The notes under the pieces: model-generated
What the model was told of the DNA's origin: nothing
Seen by the model: the letters and a program-made list of their open reading frames with translations, nothing else
Databases searched by the model: none
Shown: piece after piece, positions 22,224 through 34,715 of the stretch
How the letters are laid out: each line of letters opens with the position of its first letter
Numbering within the stretch: position 1 is the stretch's first letter
Source: Chiloscyllium plagiosum
Taxonomy: Eukaryota
Direction: 5' to 3'
Assembly: GCF_004010195.1 (NCBI RefSeq)
Contig: NC_057750.1
Location: 13,443,852-13,489,001 of the forward strand
DNA: 45,150 nt
Program-made: the position numbers and the translations under genes

Positions 22224-22892
22224 GGGGTGCAGGTGCATAATTTCTTGAAAGTGGAGGCATGGGTGATAAAGAAGGTGTTTGTTATATTCGCGTCCGTTAT
22301 TCAGAACGTTGAATATCGGAGCTGGGAGGACATGTTGCAGTTGTACAGGATATCACTGGGGCCATTTTTAGAATACAGCATACAATTCTGGTCTCCCTGC
22401 TATGGGAAGGATGTTGTGAAACTTGAAGGGTTTCAGAAAATATTTGCAAGGGTTGGGGGGTTTGAGCTACAGGGAGATGCTGAACAGGCTGGGGCTGTTT
22501 TCCCTGGAGCGTCGGAGGCTGAGGGGTGACCTTATAGAGGTTTATAGAATTATGAGGGGCATGGATAGGGTAAATAGGCAAAGTTCTTTCCCTGGGGTGG
22601 GGGTGTCCAAAACTAGAGGTTTAGGGTGAGAGGGGGGAAATTTAAAAGGGACCTGAGGGGCAACCTTTTCACGCAGCAGGTGGTACGTGTATGGAATTAG
22701 CTGCCAGAGGAAGTGGTGGAGGCTAGTACAATTTCAACATTTAAGAGGCATTTGGATGGGTATATGAATAGGAAGGGTTTGGAGGGATATGGGCCGGGTG
22801 CTGGCAGGTGGGACTAGATTGGGTTGGGATATCTGGTCGGCATGGACGGGTTGGACCGAAGGGTCTGTTTCCGTGCTGTACATCTCTATGAC
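22224..22892 (+). mobile_element. HER1/CR1 LINE 3' end
   Basis: EYRSWEDMLQLYRISLGPFLEYSIQFWSPCYGKDVVKLE...LGLFSLERRRLRGDLIEVYRIMRG. Confidence 0.9.
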
Positions 22893-23074
22893 TTGAGAAA
22901 ATGAACCGAAAGGACTCACAGAACTAAAAGTCAAAAGTGCTATTGAACTCTACTTCAGATCCCACATTCAAAATAATAATACACTGCAAACCTTTATCGT
23001 AATCGCGACATTTAGAGAGAACAATGACAAGAAACCGACCATACGGTTTGACCTCCTTCCCAGTTCCTTCATTA

Positions 23075-23400
23075 ATGTGCAGTGGGATCTGGGTGTACAG
23101 GTCCACAGATCCCTGAAAGTGACAACACAAGTGGATAAGGTGGTCAAGAAGGCATAAGGCACGCTTGCCCTCATCACTTGAGCCATCCAGAATTAAAATG
23201 GTAAGTCATGTTGCAGCTGTACAGAACGTCAGTTCGGCCACATTCGGAATATAGCACACAGTTCTGGCTGCCACACCACCAGAAGCATGTGGAGGCTTTG
23301 AAGTGGGGTCGGAACTGGTTTACCAAGATGTTGCCTGGTTTGGAAGGCATTAGCTACGAGGAGAGATTGGGCAAACTTGGTTTGTTTTCAGAATGAGGGT
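23075..23400 (+). mobile_element. CR1 LINE RT fragment
   Basis: MLQLYRTSVRPHSEYSTQFWLPHHQKHVEALK...FTKMLPGLEGISYEERLGKLGLFS. Confidence 0.85.
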
Positions 23401-23589
23401 GACAGGGGCGTGCTGAAACAGTTGGTTCTGCTAGAGCGCGTGTTACTTCAACTCGAATTGGCTAAAACACGATTGAAGAATTCAGACTATTATTCGTAGG
23501 ATGCAAACTATTGTTCCCTGCTTTGTTATAATTCCGGTCCAACTGGTGCTGCTATGACACGATTTTTGTATAACGCATCAGCCTGCTGT

Positions 23590-24275
23590 ACCTCACAGAG
23601 TAGGAGTTCCTTGATTGGGGCTGTTAACCTGGTCCAATCCGGGAGCCCTGGCTGACAGATTGAAACAAGGGTCTTGTCCTCATGTCCCTGTAAACTGTTT
23701 GAACAGTAGGGTTTGGGGCCTTGTTTTGCTGCTCCTCTCTCTTGTAAAATTGCTGTTCTCTTGTATGCAGCTGTAAATGTAACTGTTTGTTGTAAACTGT
23801 TTTTGTAATTTGTTTAATAAAATAAAAAAAAAGAAACAAGGGTCTTATACAGCATTTCCCTTTGATGTGAAGGGCACTGCTTGTCACTGGCCACTCGGGT
23901 GTTTCCTTTCTTCCTGGTGGTGGAAATTGAATTCGTACACCTTGTATCTCTCACTGTGTCTCACACCTGCGCACACACAACATGGGTGCTGGGGAAAATA
24001 AGCACTACCGCCGAAAAGCAGGGGTAAAAATAAAAGGAAAAAAACACGAGTGTCAGAGGAAAAAATAAGAATCAGAGATTCAGGCATCTTGTTCATTCTG
24101 ACAGCTGACTCTGAGGGAGTTGGATCAGTAAAAAAAAAGAGAAAGAAACAAAGAAACAAGGGTTTCCGGGGGGCTCTGTTCACTCAGAGAGCTGCCTCTG
24201 GGTCAGTGTCAAACACGTGTAAATAAAGGGGGATTTGGTGACAGGATACCGCCCTCTGTGTAATTGTTTCAATAG
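23590..24275 (+). mobile_element. LTR-like repeat carrying nested A-tailed inserts
   Basis: Start TTGGGGCTGTTAACCTGGTCCAATC.GGGAGCCCTGGCTGACAG is also present reversed at ~18750-18800; ends AATAAAG...TGTTTCA; AAACAAGGGT occurs three times inside. Confidence 0.45.
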
Positions 24276-24427
24276 CAATGTTTTAGATGCATCTTCACAG
24301 ATTTATGAATAGGCAGGGAATAGAGGGATATGGACCGCTTAGAGGCAAGGGATTTTTGCTTTGAAGGACACATCGTTTATTGGAATAGGTTGGAGGGTCA
24401 AAGGGCCTGTTCCTGTGGTGGATTTTG

Positions 24428-24740
24428 TTAGATTCCCTATACAGTGTGGAAACAGGCCCTTCGGCCCAACCAGTCCACACTGACCCTCCGAAGAGTAACC
24501 CACCCAGACCCATTTCCTCTGACTAATGCACCTAATACTGCAGGCAATTTAGCACGGCCAATTCACCTGACCTTTACATCTTTGGACGGTGGGAGGAAAC
24601 CGGAGTACCCGGAGGAAACCCACACAGACACGGGGAGAATGTGCAAACTCCACACAGACAGTTGCCCGAGGCTGGAATCGAACCTGGGACCCTGGTGCTG
24701 TGAGGCAGCGGTGCTAACCACTGAACCACCGTACCGCCCC
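24428..24740 (-). mobile_element. HE1-type V-SINE, full length
   Basis: Complete head, V domain and HER1-derived tail. Confidence 0.9.
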
Positions 24741-25439
24741 ATTGTTCCTTGTTCTTAGTTGTCTTTGTTCTGGTCTGTTACTGCTGTCTGATCTCTATCC
24801 TGAGGCACACATACGTCTTAGCTTCACTTCCCCGTTTGTATTGAACACACTGCAGTGTTATACATGTAGCAGATTGCACTGCAGGGCAGTCTTTACAGAA
24901 ACAATCCGAGGAGTTGGGGTTCAGCCAGAGAGTGAAACAGAGGCTCTGCAAGTAAAATTACAGTCCCCAGTGGGCAAGTAGAATCTTTAAAACAATATTA
25001 TAGCCCGGGAAAGTGAAAATGAAAGAATGCCCCAGCAGCTCAGATTGTGAGCGGCCAACATGAGGCAGAGCGACAGTAAGGGAAGGCAAGAATCAGAGAA
25101 ACAATTTGAACTGCGGTTACAAACCTGGGGACATCGCCATTCCAGAATTAAAAAAGACAAAGCGACAGATTGAAATCCTAAACTGCTCTGATCTAATAGA
25201 CAAAAACTAGATTAGGAGGCTGTACCAAGGATGAAATAAAGAGCAGGTTCTTCATGAAGTCACATTACTGGCTGAAGCATTTATTTAAACGGTGAGGAGT
25301 GAGATTTGCCTGGAAAGAGCCTGGAGTCATTTATCGCTAAAGACATTACCAGAACAGGTATTATTTGTTAAAGCCACAGGCAGCAGTGTTCAGTAAAACC
25401 ACTGGGGAAATGGGTATCATTTATTCAGGCTGCAATCTG

Positions 25440-25840
25440 GGATGGTCATCCATTGACAAGCCAACCTCCCACCCACTGACTCCATCTACACTTCCCACTG
25501 CCTCAGGAAGGCAGCCAACAACATGAAAGATCCCTCCCACCCCGGTTAGAATCTCTTCCACCCTCTTCTGTTGGGCAGAGGATTAAACACACGTACGGAC
25601 AGATTCAAGAATAGCTTCTTCCCTGCTGTTATTGGATTGCTGAATGGACCTCTCAAATTTCAAATTTAATGTTGATAGTGCTCTCTGTGTGCTTCTCTCC
25701 AGCTGTAACTTTGTATTCCTCGCTGTGTTCTGTTACACAAATGAACTTTGTATGGTGTGATCTACTTGTACTGCACACCAAACAAAACATTTTCACTGTA
25801 CCGAGGTACATGCGACAATAATATATCACATTAAATCAAA
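25440..25840 (+). mobile_element. Rex1/Rex-Babar LINE 3' fragment
   Basis: GACTCCATCTACAC...AAAGATCCCTCCCACCCCGG...TTTCACTGTACCGAGGTACATGCGACAATAA, shared with the other Rex1 copies. Confidence 0.75.
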
Positions 25841-26029
25841 CATTGAAAAGGGTAGGACTTTATCATTCAAACATATGAAAACCTTCCAAAATAGTTTTTG
25901 TTACAACATATTAAAAATACTTCTGAGCTATGAAAATAAATAGCCACATTCAGGACACATCAGATCTAATACAGACAGGGACATTTAATTTCAGAGATGG
26001 GCATGAATGGAACATGGAGTGGACATCTT

Positions 26030-26800
26030 GGAGAAATCATTCTTGGGATGCAAAATAACTTGCAAATTAGGTACTAAATCAGAAGCTGAATAAGTCAACA
26101 CATTGTTATATACAATTGAGAATATAACTAATAATGTTATAGCTCGCCAAGAGTGAAGAGAACTGAGACTCTTTTGAAGAAGTACTGAAACTCTTTGACA
26201 ATTACTTGAGCAACATAAATAGTATCACTCTTGAAACAGCAAGATTTAATATAGAGGTTGAGCATCCAGATGATAACTAGAGAATTAAGTTAATGATTTC
26301 TGCAGATACATGGAGAAATTTCATTATCATGATCTTCAAGTTAAGATTAATAATCAAAGCAGAAGTTTTGCAATGCTGATGAGTCTTTGTCAGATTTATC
26401 AAGGTGCAAAGAAGACCTGATTTTTTTAGGGAAACCATTCAGTTGGTGCATGAAGCAGAAGGCAGGGAGCGACATAGATCAATCCTCAGAGGAGATGATC
26501 AGTGTTGACGTAGGAGGTAAGTAAAACAAATTCAATTCATCAAGTTCATAACTACAAATGACTCACACATTAGAAACAAATAGTGAGAAGGTCAGTGCCA
26601 GATGCTAAAAGTGTTTGGCATAAAGGAACCTCACAGGCATAAACAGTGCCCAGCTATTAAGTTCTGTAAGTTCTCAGAAGCAGAAACTTGTTTCAGAAAT
26701 GCAAGAAATCAAATAGCACCTAGCTAAAGAACTTACCGAAGTAGACCGGTGCACAAAAAAAACAAAACCTAAAGTGTCCTTCAGGGAAGTATGTGATCCA
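26030..26800 (+). mobile_element. Highly decayed Ty3/Gypsy gag remnant
   Basis: Manual translation across stops and frameshifts: VNTLLYTI...DSFEEVLKLFDNYL..ITLETARFN...ADESLSDL..KEDL..ETIQLVHEAE...PHRHKQCPA, resembling metazoan Gypsy gag. Confidence 0.6.
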
Positions 26801-27541
26801 GACCAAATGTTTGGACAGACTGATGTTTATGCCAACACACATCCCAGAAAATTCACGTGAGTCACTGGGGCAAGAGTCGCGATGTTATCAGACGGTGAAG
26901 CATGGCAGAGATAAAGTGTCTACAGCCAACAAAAGGGAAACTAAATTGGCCAGGAGACATTGCCCTTAAGATTAAACATGTGGAATGAGCAAATCTCCAA
27001 TATAGGGGAAACAAAAGAGGAGAAAATCTACACATACTTAACAAATAAGAATTCTCATGCAGGAAAGTGTGACTTGACCTCAAATAGAAGGAGCTAAACT
27101 AGCTCAAACGAAGGTAAAACTGGTGGAGGAACAACAGGTCAAAGGGTAATCTGTAAATTATTTTATTGACTAACGGAAGAACCCAAAGAGAAGACAGAAT
27201 ACATTGAGATTAGGTGTGCTGGTTTCAGAAATTTGTTTCATACTGTCAGGGAGATGGACATCGGGCTGGTAAGAAACATTTCCATGGCTATCACGAGTGA
27301 GAGAGTTAAACATGCATCTAGCAGCAATGAAGACTGATAGACAGTAAACTCTGTTTGAGTTAATGACAGAATTTAACTGATGTAACGCAGACTGGGGATG
27401 AATAATTCAGACAGATTCAAGTTTGAAGTCAAATTCTGATGTGACTCACAAAAGACTAATTCAATCGAGAATTTCATTTCCTCATCATCACAGCATGGCA
27501 CTCAGTAACAGTGACGGTGATCCTCAGTAACAGTGACGTTG

Positions 27542-28041
27542 NNNNNNNNNNNNNNNNNNNNNNNNNNNNNNNNNNNNNNNNNNNNNNNNNNNNNNNNNNN
27601 NNNNNNNNNNNNNNNNNNNNNNNNNNNNNNNNNNNNNNNNNNNNNNNNNNNNNNNNNNNNNNNNNNNNNNNNNNNNNNNNNNNNNNNNNNNNNNNNNNNN
27701 NNNNNNNNNNNNNNNNNNNNNNNNNNNNNNNNNNNNNNNNNNNNNNNNNNNNNNNNNNNNNNNNNNNNNNNNNNNNNNNNNNNNNNNNNNNNNNNNNNNN
27801 NNNNNNNNNNNNNNNNNNNNNNNNNNNNNNNNNNNNNNNNNNNNNNNNNNNNNNNNNNNNNNNNNNNNNNNNNNNNNNNNNNNNNNNNNNNNNNNNNNNN
27901 NNNNNNNNNNNNNNNNNNNNNNNNNNNNNNNNNNNNNNNNNNNNNNNNNNNNNNNNNNNNNNNNNNNNNNNNNNNNNNNNNNNNNNNNNNNNNNNNNNNN
28001 NNNNNNNNNNNNNNNNNNNNNNNNNNNNNNNNNNNNNNNNN
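27542..28041. other. Assembly gap (500 N)
   Basis: Run of N; the round length suggests a placeholder of unknown true size. Confidence 0.99.
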
Positions 28042-28365
28042 AGATCCCTGAAAGGTGCCACACAGGTTGATATGATTATTAAGAAAGCATGGTGGCGAGC
28101 ATGAGGGACATAGTTTTAAATTGAGGGGTGATAGGTACAGGACAGATATCAGAGGTAGTTACTTTACTCAGAGAGTAGTAAGGGTGTGGAACGCCTGCCT
28201 GTAACAGTAGTAGACTCGCCAACTTTAAATGGGTATTGGATAGGCATATGGACAAGAATGGAATAGTGTAGATTAGGTGGGCTTCAGATTGGTTCCACAG
28301 GTTGGTGCAACATGGAGGGCTGAAGGGCCTGTACTGTGCTGGAATGTTCGATGTTCTACATTCTA
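28042..28365 (+). mobile_element. CR1 LINE 3' end with an internal deletion
   Basis: AGATCCCTGAAAGG..CACAGGTTGAT...TTTACTCAGAGAGTAGTAAGGGTGTGGAAC...TGTTCTA tail. Confidence 0.75.
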
Positions 28366-28602
28366 TGTCCGCGTGGGTTTCCTTCGGATGCTCCGGTTTC
28401 CTCCCACAGTCCAAAGATGTGCAGGTTAGGGTGGATTGGCCATGGGGAATTTCCCCACAGTGTCCAGGGATGTGCAGATGAGGTGGCTTGGCCGTGGGAG
28501 ATGCAGGGTTACAGGGATAAGGTGGGGGGGCGTGTGCGTGGGATGCTCACCAGAGGGTCAGTGTGGACTCGATGGGCTGAATAGCCTCTTGGTTGGGATT
28601 CT
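28366..28602 (+). mobile_element. HE1-type SINE, 5'-truncated
   Basis: GCGTGGGTTTCC..GCTCCGGTTTCCTCCCACAGTCCAAAGATGTGCAGG. Confidence 0.8.
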
Positions 28603-28699
28603 ATGAGCTGTGAGTTAAATCCATTCACTCCACAGTGGCCTCTGTGGCATAGGGCCATTTTAACCTACTGCAGCGATGAGGAGATCAAGCCCCATTTTG

Positions 28700-28850
28700 G
28701 GCCATTGCTGTGGGAGCTTTCTGTGCACCAATGGGCCGCTGGGGATCTTTTCCCCTCCCACATTACAACTCCCACTACCCCTTAAATGTACCTGGTTGGG
28801 CGTAATGTGCTTCAAAGGTTGCTATATAAATGAAATGCAGCATTTTCATC
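28700..28850 (+). mobile_element. Deu-SINE / L2-type 3' tail relic
   Basis: CATTGCTGTGGGAGCTTTCTGTGCA...ACATTACAAC...GCTATATAAATG. Confidence 0.5.
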
Positions 28851-29139
28851 TATTTCCAAAGAACACTGTGAGTAACCTCCCATCCCCCCTGTAGCCTGGG
28901 CCATGCAGCGCTCTATTGCAAGGAGAGATGGGGGAAATTATGAGAGTTTACAAACGTGGACAGCCCTCAGCACGTACAGGCAATGATCTGCAACAAGATG
29001 TGACTGCATTTAGTTAGGGCCTATAATCTGGTGAGGAAAATGTCCCAGGTTGGTTAGGAGCAGGCTTGTCAAAGGTAGACTGACTCTCTGCGATATATCG
29101 GGGATGATAGTTCCACTGGTTGAGAGTTTCGGTCGAAGA

Positions 29140-29350
29140 GATGAATTTAGCTCAGTTGGCTGGACAGCTGATTTGCAATGTATAGGGTGACACCATCGGC
29201 GTGTGTTCAATTCTCCCACCGGCTGAGCTTACCATGAAGGTCCCACCTCTCCCCTCCTCACCTGAGGCATCGTGATCCTCAGGTTAAACCACCACCGGTC
29301 ACGCCTCATTCATGAGAGAGAGCAGGTCCTCTGGGGTCAGGGGAACTTTA
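29140..29350 (+). mobile_element. tRNA-derived SINE (third family); a related deleted copy lies at ~35840-35960
   Basis: TAGCTCAGTTGG A box, GTTCAATTC B box, CCTCAGGTTAAA.CACC.CC.GTCA shared with 35883-35910. Confidence 0.6.
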
Positions 29351-29639
29351 CCCCGACACAGGGTACTTGGCTCAATCCTGGTAACGGGGAGGGGGGCAGG
29401 CAAGAGAGAATAAGAAACTCGGGTGCTGGGTGTTACTCCGACAAGACCCTGAATGGATTCAAACCAAACACTGGCATTGGATGGCCTCACCTTCCTGCCC
29501 AGGGAGTTTGGCATGAATTCCTCCCACAGTGAATAGTCCTGGACTACAATAACAGAATGGATTTTGCTCGTGTTTCTGAGCACATGGCTTTATGTGGGAG
29601 GTGCGTGTGTGCTTTTGGATATGTCATCGTCAGAGACGG

Positions 29640-30050
29640 CTACAGCACAGAAACAGGCCCTTCAGCCCGACCTGTCCATGCCGCCCAGTTTTCACAATCT
29701 AGTCCCATTTGCCTGCGCTTTGTCCATTCCCTCCATACCTATCCCATCCATCTCCCTGTCCAAATGTTTCTTAAATTGTACTCGCCTCAATCACTCCCTC
29801 TGGCAGCTTGTTCCAGACACTCACCCCCCTCTGGGTGAATGAGTTGCCCCTCTGGATCCCATTGTATCCCTCCCTTCTCACCTTAATGCTTTGCCCTCTA
29901 GTTTTGGACACCCCCACCCCAGGGATAAGCTGTTGGCGATCTACCTTTTGTATGCCCCTCATGATTTTATAAACCTCTCTAAGGTCACCCCTCAGCCTCC
30001 TATGGTCCAGGGACAAAAGTCCCAGTTTATCCAGCCTCTGCTTCTCACTC
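29640..30050 (-). mobile_element. HER1/CR1 LINE 3' end
   Basis: RLDKLGLLSLDHRRLRGDLREVYKIMRG...FTQRGVSVWNKLPEGVIEAST. Confidence 0.85.
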
Positions 30051-30054
30051 ATGT

Positions 30055-30392
30055 TGTTTGTGTGTGTGTGAGTGAGAGAGACTCTGTGTGTGTGTGAGAG
30101 AGAGAGAGAGACTGTGTGTGAGAGAGACTGTGTGTGTAAGAGAGAGAGAGAGACTGTGTGTGTGAGAGAGAGAGACTGTGTGTGTAAGAGAGAGAGAGAG
30201 ACTGTATGTGTGTGAGAGAGAGAGAGACTGTGTGTGAGAGAGACTGTGTGTGTAAGAGAGAGAGAGAGACTGTGTGTGTGAGAGAGAGAGAGACTGTATG
30301 CGCGTGTGTGAGAGAGAGAGAGAGAGAGACTGTGTGTGTGAGAGGGAGACTGTGTGTGTGAGAGAGAGACAGAGACTGTGTGTGTGTGTATA
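30055..30392. repeat. Compound (GA)n-CT-(GT)n microsatellite
   Basis: Direct inspection. Confidence 0.9.
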
Positions 30393-31684
30393 CGCACCTT
30401 GCGGCCATACCCACTCATGGGAAAGGCTTCGTGAGTAAACCCTGAGGACAAATCAGGAGCTGGAGTCCCTCTGGCAATCTGACATTGTCTTCAACCTCAC
30501 CCTGGGAACTCCTGCCATGACACTGATGGCCAAGCTGAATTGGCCCTCACCTTTCCCTTAGACAAGATCGGAGGCGCGGAGAATGGGGACCTACTGCATG
30601 GTCTCCTGGAGACCAGGCCTGGAGGTAGCGAGGGGCCAGGAGTCCAGGTGAAACCCTGTGGGCCATTCCCAGCGAGAGTCAATCAAAATAGCCCGTATTG
30701 TCCATGGCTTCTCGAGAGTTTCTGTCGCTGTTGCCCTTATCCCCGAACATGGAATATCCCAACCCTATTGGAACGACGCCAAGGTGGAGAGGAAACCTGC
30801 TCAAAACCGTGAGGCGTCTGGATAGAGAAGAACCAAAATGGAGATTGCCGGAGAAACTCAGCAGGTCTTCAGTTGTGAATAAGAGTTCTAGTGGGAGTGT
30901 TAACTCTGTCTGTCTGTCTGTCTCTCTCCGCAGACCTGCTGAGTTTCTCCAGCACTCTCTCAGTGTTGGTTTCATATTTCCAGCATCTGCAGTAGGTCAA
31001 AGAAACTCCCTATTGACAGTTGGATTGAGAATAAGAGAGTTGGGGTGGGGGGGGGCGTTGGGGAGGGCAGATTTAAAGGACAGCAAATGTTTTATTATCT
31101 GGCACCTGTCAGACCAGGAATGGGCAAATATTCCAGATAATCCAGAGGACTAATCATAATCGGAATAAAATCTGACCAAGCGAAACTCTGAGACATTAAA
31201 ATCTCAATAAATCTGTGATAACACCTCTTAAAATGCATATAGAAATACAAAGTAGAAATGTAATGCAGGGGATAGACCCATCACATTCATGCATAAATAC
31301 TCTGACATCACAGTATTTGATGTATAGAATTTTTTTCCTGGTTTATCGAGAGTGCCACTTGATTAAAATGCCAGGTAAAACAAAGTTTACTCCCAAAAGC
31401 AGCCTGAGGTGAATCTTTTTCATGCTGCTCGTGTTTAAGGTGGAAAATGCAGGGACTGAGAGAGTTGATTCTGAAGGCAATGCACTGTTGTAAGGGCAGG
31501 AGGAATGGGCGAGGGCAATGGCACTGTCACCTGCCCACAGTCCTGTCCGCTACGGTGTGCCAGTGGGGCCCAACACGAGTTGGAGGAACCACCCTTCACC
31601 TTCCGGCACTTTCCAACCTTGAGGGCTCAACAGTGAGTCAACAACTTCAGACCGCGAGCCCTGATCTCTTGCTTTTGTTCCATT

Positions 31685-32330
31685 GAATCCCTACAGTCCG
31701 GAAGCAGGCCCTTCGGCCCATCAAGTCCACACTGACCCTCCGAAAAGGAGCATCCCTTACCCTATCCCTGTAACCCTGCATCCCCCATGGCTAACCCACC
31801 TAACCTACACATCCCTGAACACTATAGGGCAATTTAGCATGACCAACCCAGCCTAACCTACACATCCCTGGGCACTATGGGATAATTTAGCATGGCCAAT
31901 CCACCCTAACCTACACACCCCTGAACACTATAGGGCAATTCAGCATGGCCAATCCACCCTAACCTACACATCCCTGGGCACTATGGGATAATTTAGCATG
32001 GCCAATCCACCCTAACCTACACATCCCTGAACACTATGGGCAATTTAGCATGGCCAATCCACCCTAACCTACACACCCCTGAACACTATGAGGTAATTTA
32101 GCATGACCAACCCACCCCAACCTACACATCCCTGAACACTATGGGACAATTTAGCATGACCAATCCACCCTAACCTACACATCTTTGGACTGTGGGAGGG
32201 GGAGGAAACCCACGCAGACACAGGGAGAATGTGCAAACTCCACACAGACAGTCGCCCGAGGCTGGAATCGAACCCAGGTCCCTGGCACTGAGAGGCAGCA
32301 GTGCTAACCACTGAGCCACTGTGCTGCCCC
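31685..32330 (-). mobile_element. HE1-type SINE with seven tandem ~53-bp internal units
   Basis: Unit CTAACCTACACATCCCTGAACACTATGGGCAATTTAGCATGGCCAATCCACC repeated 7 times (~31800-32170); complete head at 32230-32330. Confidence 0.85.
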
Positions 32331-33714
32331 TTTATTATCAGTTTCCGTGAGTCCCAGTCTGGATCCCATGTCCATTGTTCTGCCATTAACACCTTCACTT
32401 AGTCACTTCACCACAACCATTCCCACTGCCCTTCACACCACCGTTCCCTTTGTTAGTGAATGTCGCCGCCCTCGACCCTATCTCAGACTCACTGTTTTCA
32501 TTCCAGCCGAACCCTGCCCCCTTTTACAAGGAGAGGAAACCCAACAATTTCTTGCCCTATTTTCCATTTCGAAAGAAGAGCCGCATTGGACTCAAAACAT
32601 TAATTCTGTTGCTCTCTCCACAGAAGCTGTCAATCTTGCTGAGTTTTCTTTCTCTCCTGCTTCTTGTTTCACCTACTAGGCCTTCTCCTCTGAGATTAAA
32701 ACGTCCTTGAGTCTGTTCACCCTTCCCTGATTGTATATTTCTCTCCCAGTCCGATCGCATTCCAGTCAGCACCTTCCTTTCGTTTCGACACCTTCCTCGG
32801 AGCCTCTCAGTCCTTAGTAGGAACAGGTGTTGGCCTTTGGGGCAGTTTCATTCACCAGCGAGATGGTGGAGCTCAGAAATGTTCACAATCTCGCCCCAGG
32901 TTTGGTCTGAGGCTGAAGACCCGAGTAACTGTTAAGGTGTTCCTGCTCCTCGGATGCTGCCTGACCTGTTGTGCTTTTCCAGCACCACTCTGATCTAAAC
33001 TCTGGTTTCCAACATCTGTAGTCCTCACTTTTGCCTAGTGTGTTAACATAGCCTTGCAGCTTCTTAACTCGGGAGCTGCGGGTGTGTGTTTTCCACACTG
33101 TTTTAATACTTGCTCCTTTTCATGATGTCTTTTTTTCTGTACCTCAGCCTCTGTCCACTCCTCTGTCCCCCAGAGGGAAGCTTCATTCCCAAAGAGTAGT
33201 CTTTCCACGCTACCTGACAGTTTAATTTACACAGTCATTCTGCAAGCTTCTTAATGTCTTCCTGGGTTTGGCCAGAGCTAACCCAGTGTTAAACTGTAAA
33301 TCCTTCCCTCGTGCGCCTATGGTAGATGGCCAAGAGTTGGAGACTCCCTCAGTTTGAGGTTGTAGGATCTGGTGACCTGCCTCACTGCTGCCCCTTGTCG
33401 GTCTAACTCACTGAGGGTATGGGAAAGCTGTTCCCTCTCCCTCTCCCTCTCCCTCTCCCTCTCCGTCCATTATCCTTTTTACCTCCATCTCTTCCTTCCC
33501 CCCAATCCCTGTCTCATTCCTCCCCACCCCCTCCCAATCCCTGTCTCTGGAGGAAGTGGAACTTGAAGACTGGTCCAGAGGTTGGGACACTACCACTGCA
33601 CCACAAGAAAGCCTTATTTGAACCATCTTACCAATAAGAATGGGGCAGGTTTTAGCTGCAAAGTCAATGAGGCATCAGTTTTGAATCAAAACGGCACAGG
33701 AAGAGGAAATGACA

Positions 33715-34715
33715 TTTGCAGTGTGATGTCATTAGATAGTTACACTGCGATACCATTGGTTAGTGACTGTATGATATCATTGAATGGTTACCATAGGATA
33801 CTATTGGATAGTCACCATACAATACCATTGGATGGTCACCATGTGATGCCAATGGATGGTCTCTGTGTGATACTATTAGATACTCATGGTGTGATACCAT
33901 TGGATAGTCACTGTGTGATATCATTGGATGGTCATCATGCAATACCATTGGATAGCCACTGTGTGATACAATTGGATACTCACAGTGTGACATCATTGGA
34001 TAGTTACCATGCAATGCCATTGGATGGTCACCATGTGATACCATTGGATGGTCACCATGTAATACCATTGGGTACTCACAGTGTGATACCATTGGATTGT
34101 CACTGTGTGATATCATTGGATAGTTGCCGTATGATGCACTTGGATGGTCACCATGTGATACCATTGGGTACTCACAGTGTGATACCATTGGATAGTCACC
34201 ATGTGATACCATTGGATACTCATGATGTGATACCATTGGATAGTCACCATGTGAGATCATTGGATAGTCACCGTGCAATGCCACTGGATGGTCACTGTGT
34301 GATACCATTGGATACTCACTGTGTGATACCAATGGATGGTCACCATGTGATACCATTGGATAGTCACCATGCAATGCCATGGGACGGTCACCATGTCGTA
34401 CCATTGGATAGTCACCGTATGATACCATTGGATATTCATGGTGTGATGCCATTGAATGGTCACCGTGTGATACCATTGGATGGACACCATGTGATACCAT
34501 TGAATACTCATGGTGGGATGCCATTGAGTCGTCACCATGTGATGTCATTATATACTCACCATGTGGTACCATTGGATAGTCACGGTGTGATACCATTGGA
34601 CACTCACGGTCTGATACCATTGGATACTCAGCATGTGATATCATTGGATGGTTACCATGTGATATTATTGGATGGTGACTGTGTGATGCCATTGGCTAAT
34701 TCCTGTGTGGTGTAA
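33715..34715. repeat. 24-bp minisatellite (ATACCATTGGATAGTCACCATGTG), ~41 diverged copies
   Basis: Strict 24-bp period; gives 8-aa repeats IPLDSHHV on + and HGDYPMVS on -. Confidence 0.9.

Noticed and set aside
23420..23590. Possible Tigger-like MITE remnant
   Set aside because: Terminal inverted repeats too degenerate to support.
27474..28104. Four 170-200 aa ORFs
   Set aside because: They are translations of the N gap.
30395..30830. Possible RTE-LINE 5' region or HDV-like ribozyme
   Set aside because: Only a vague recalled resemblance; no ORF follows and I could not build the nested double pseudoknot by eye.
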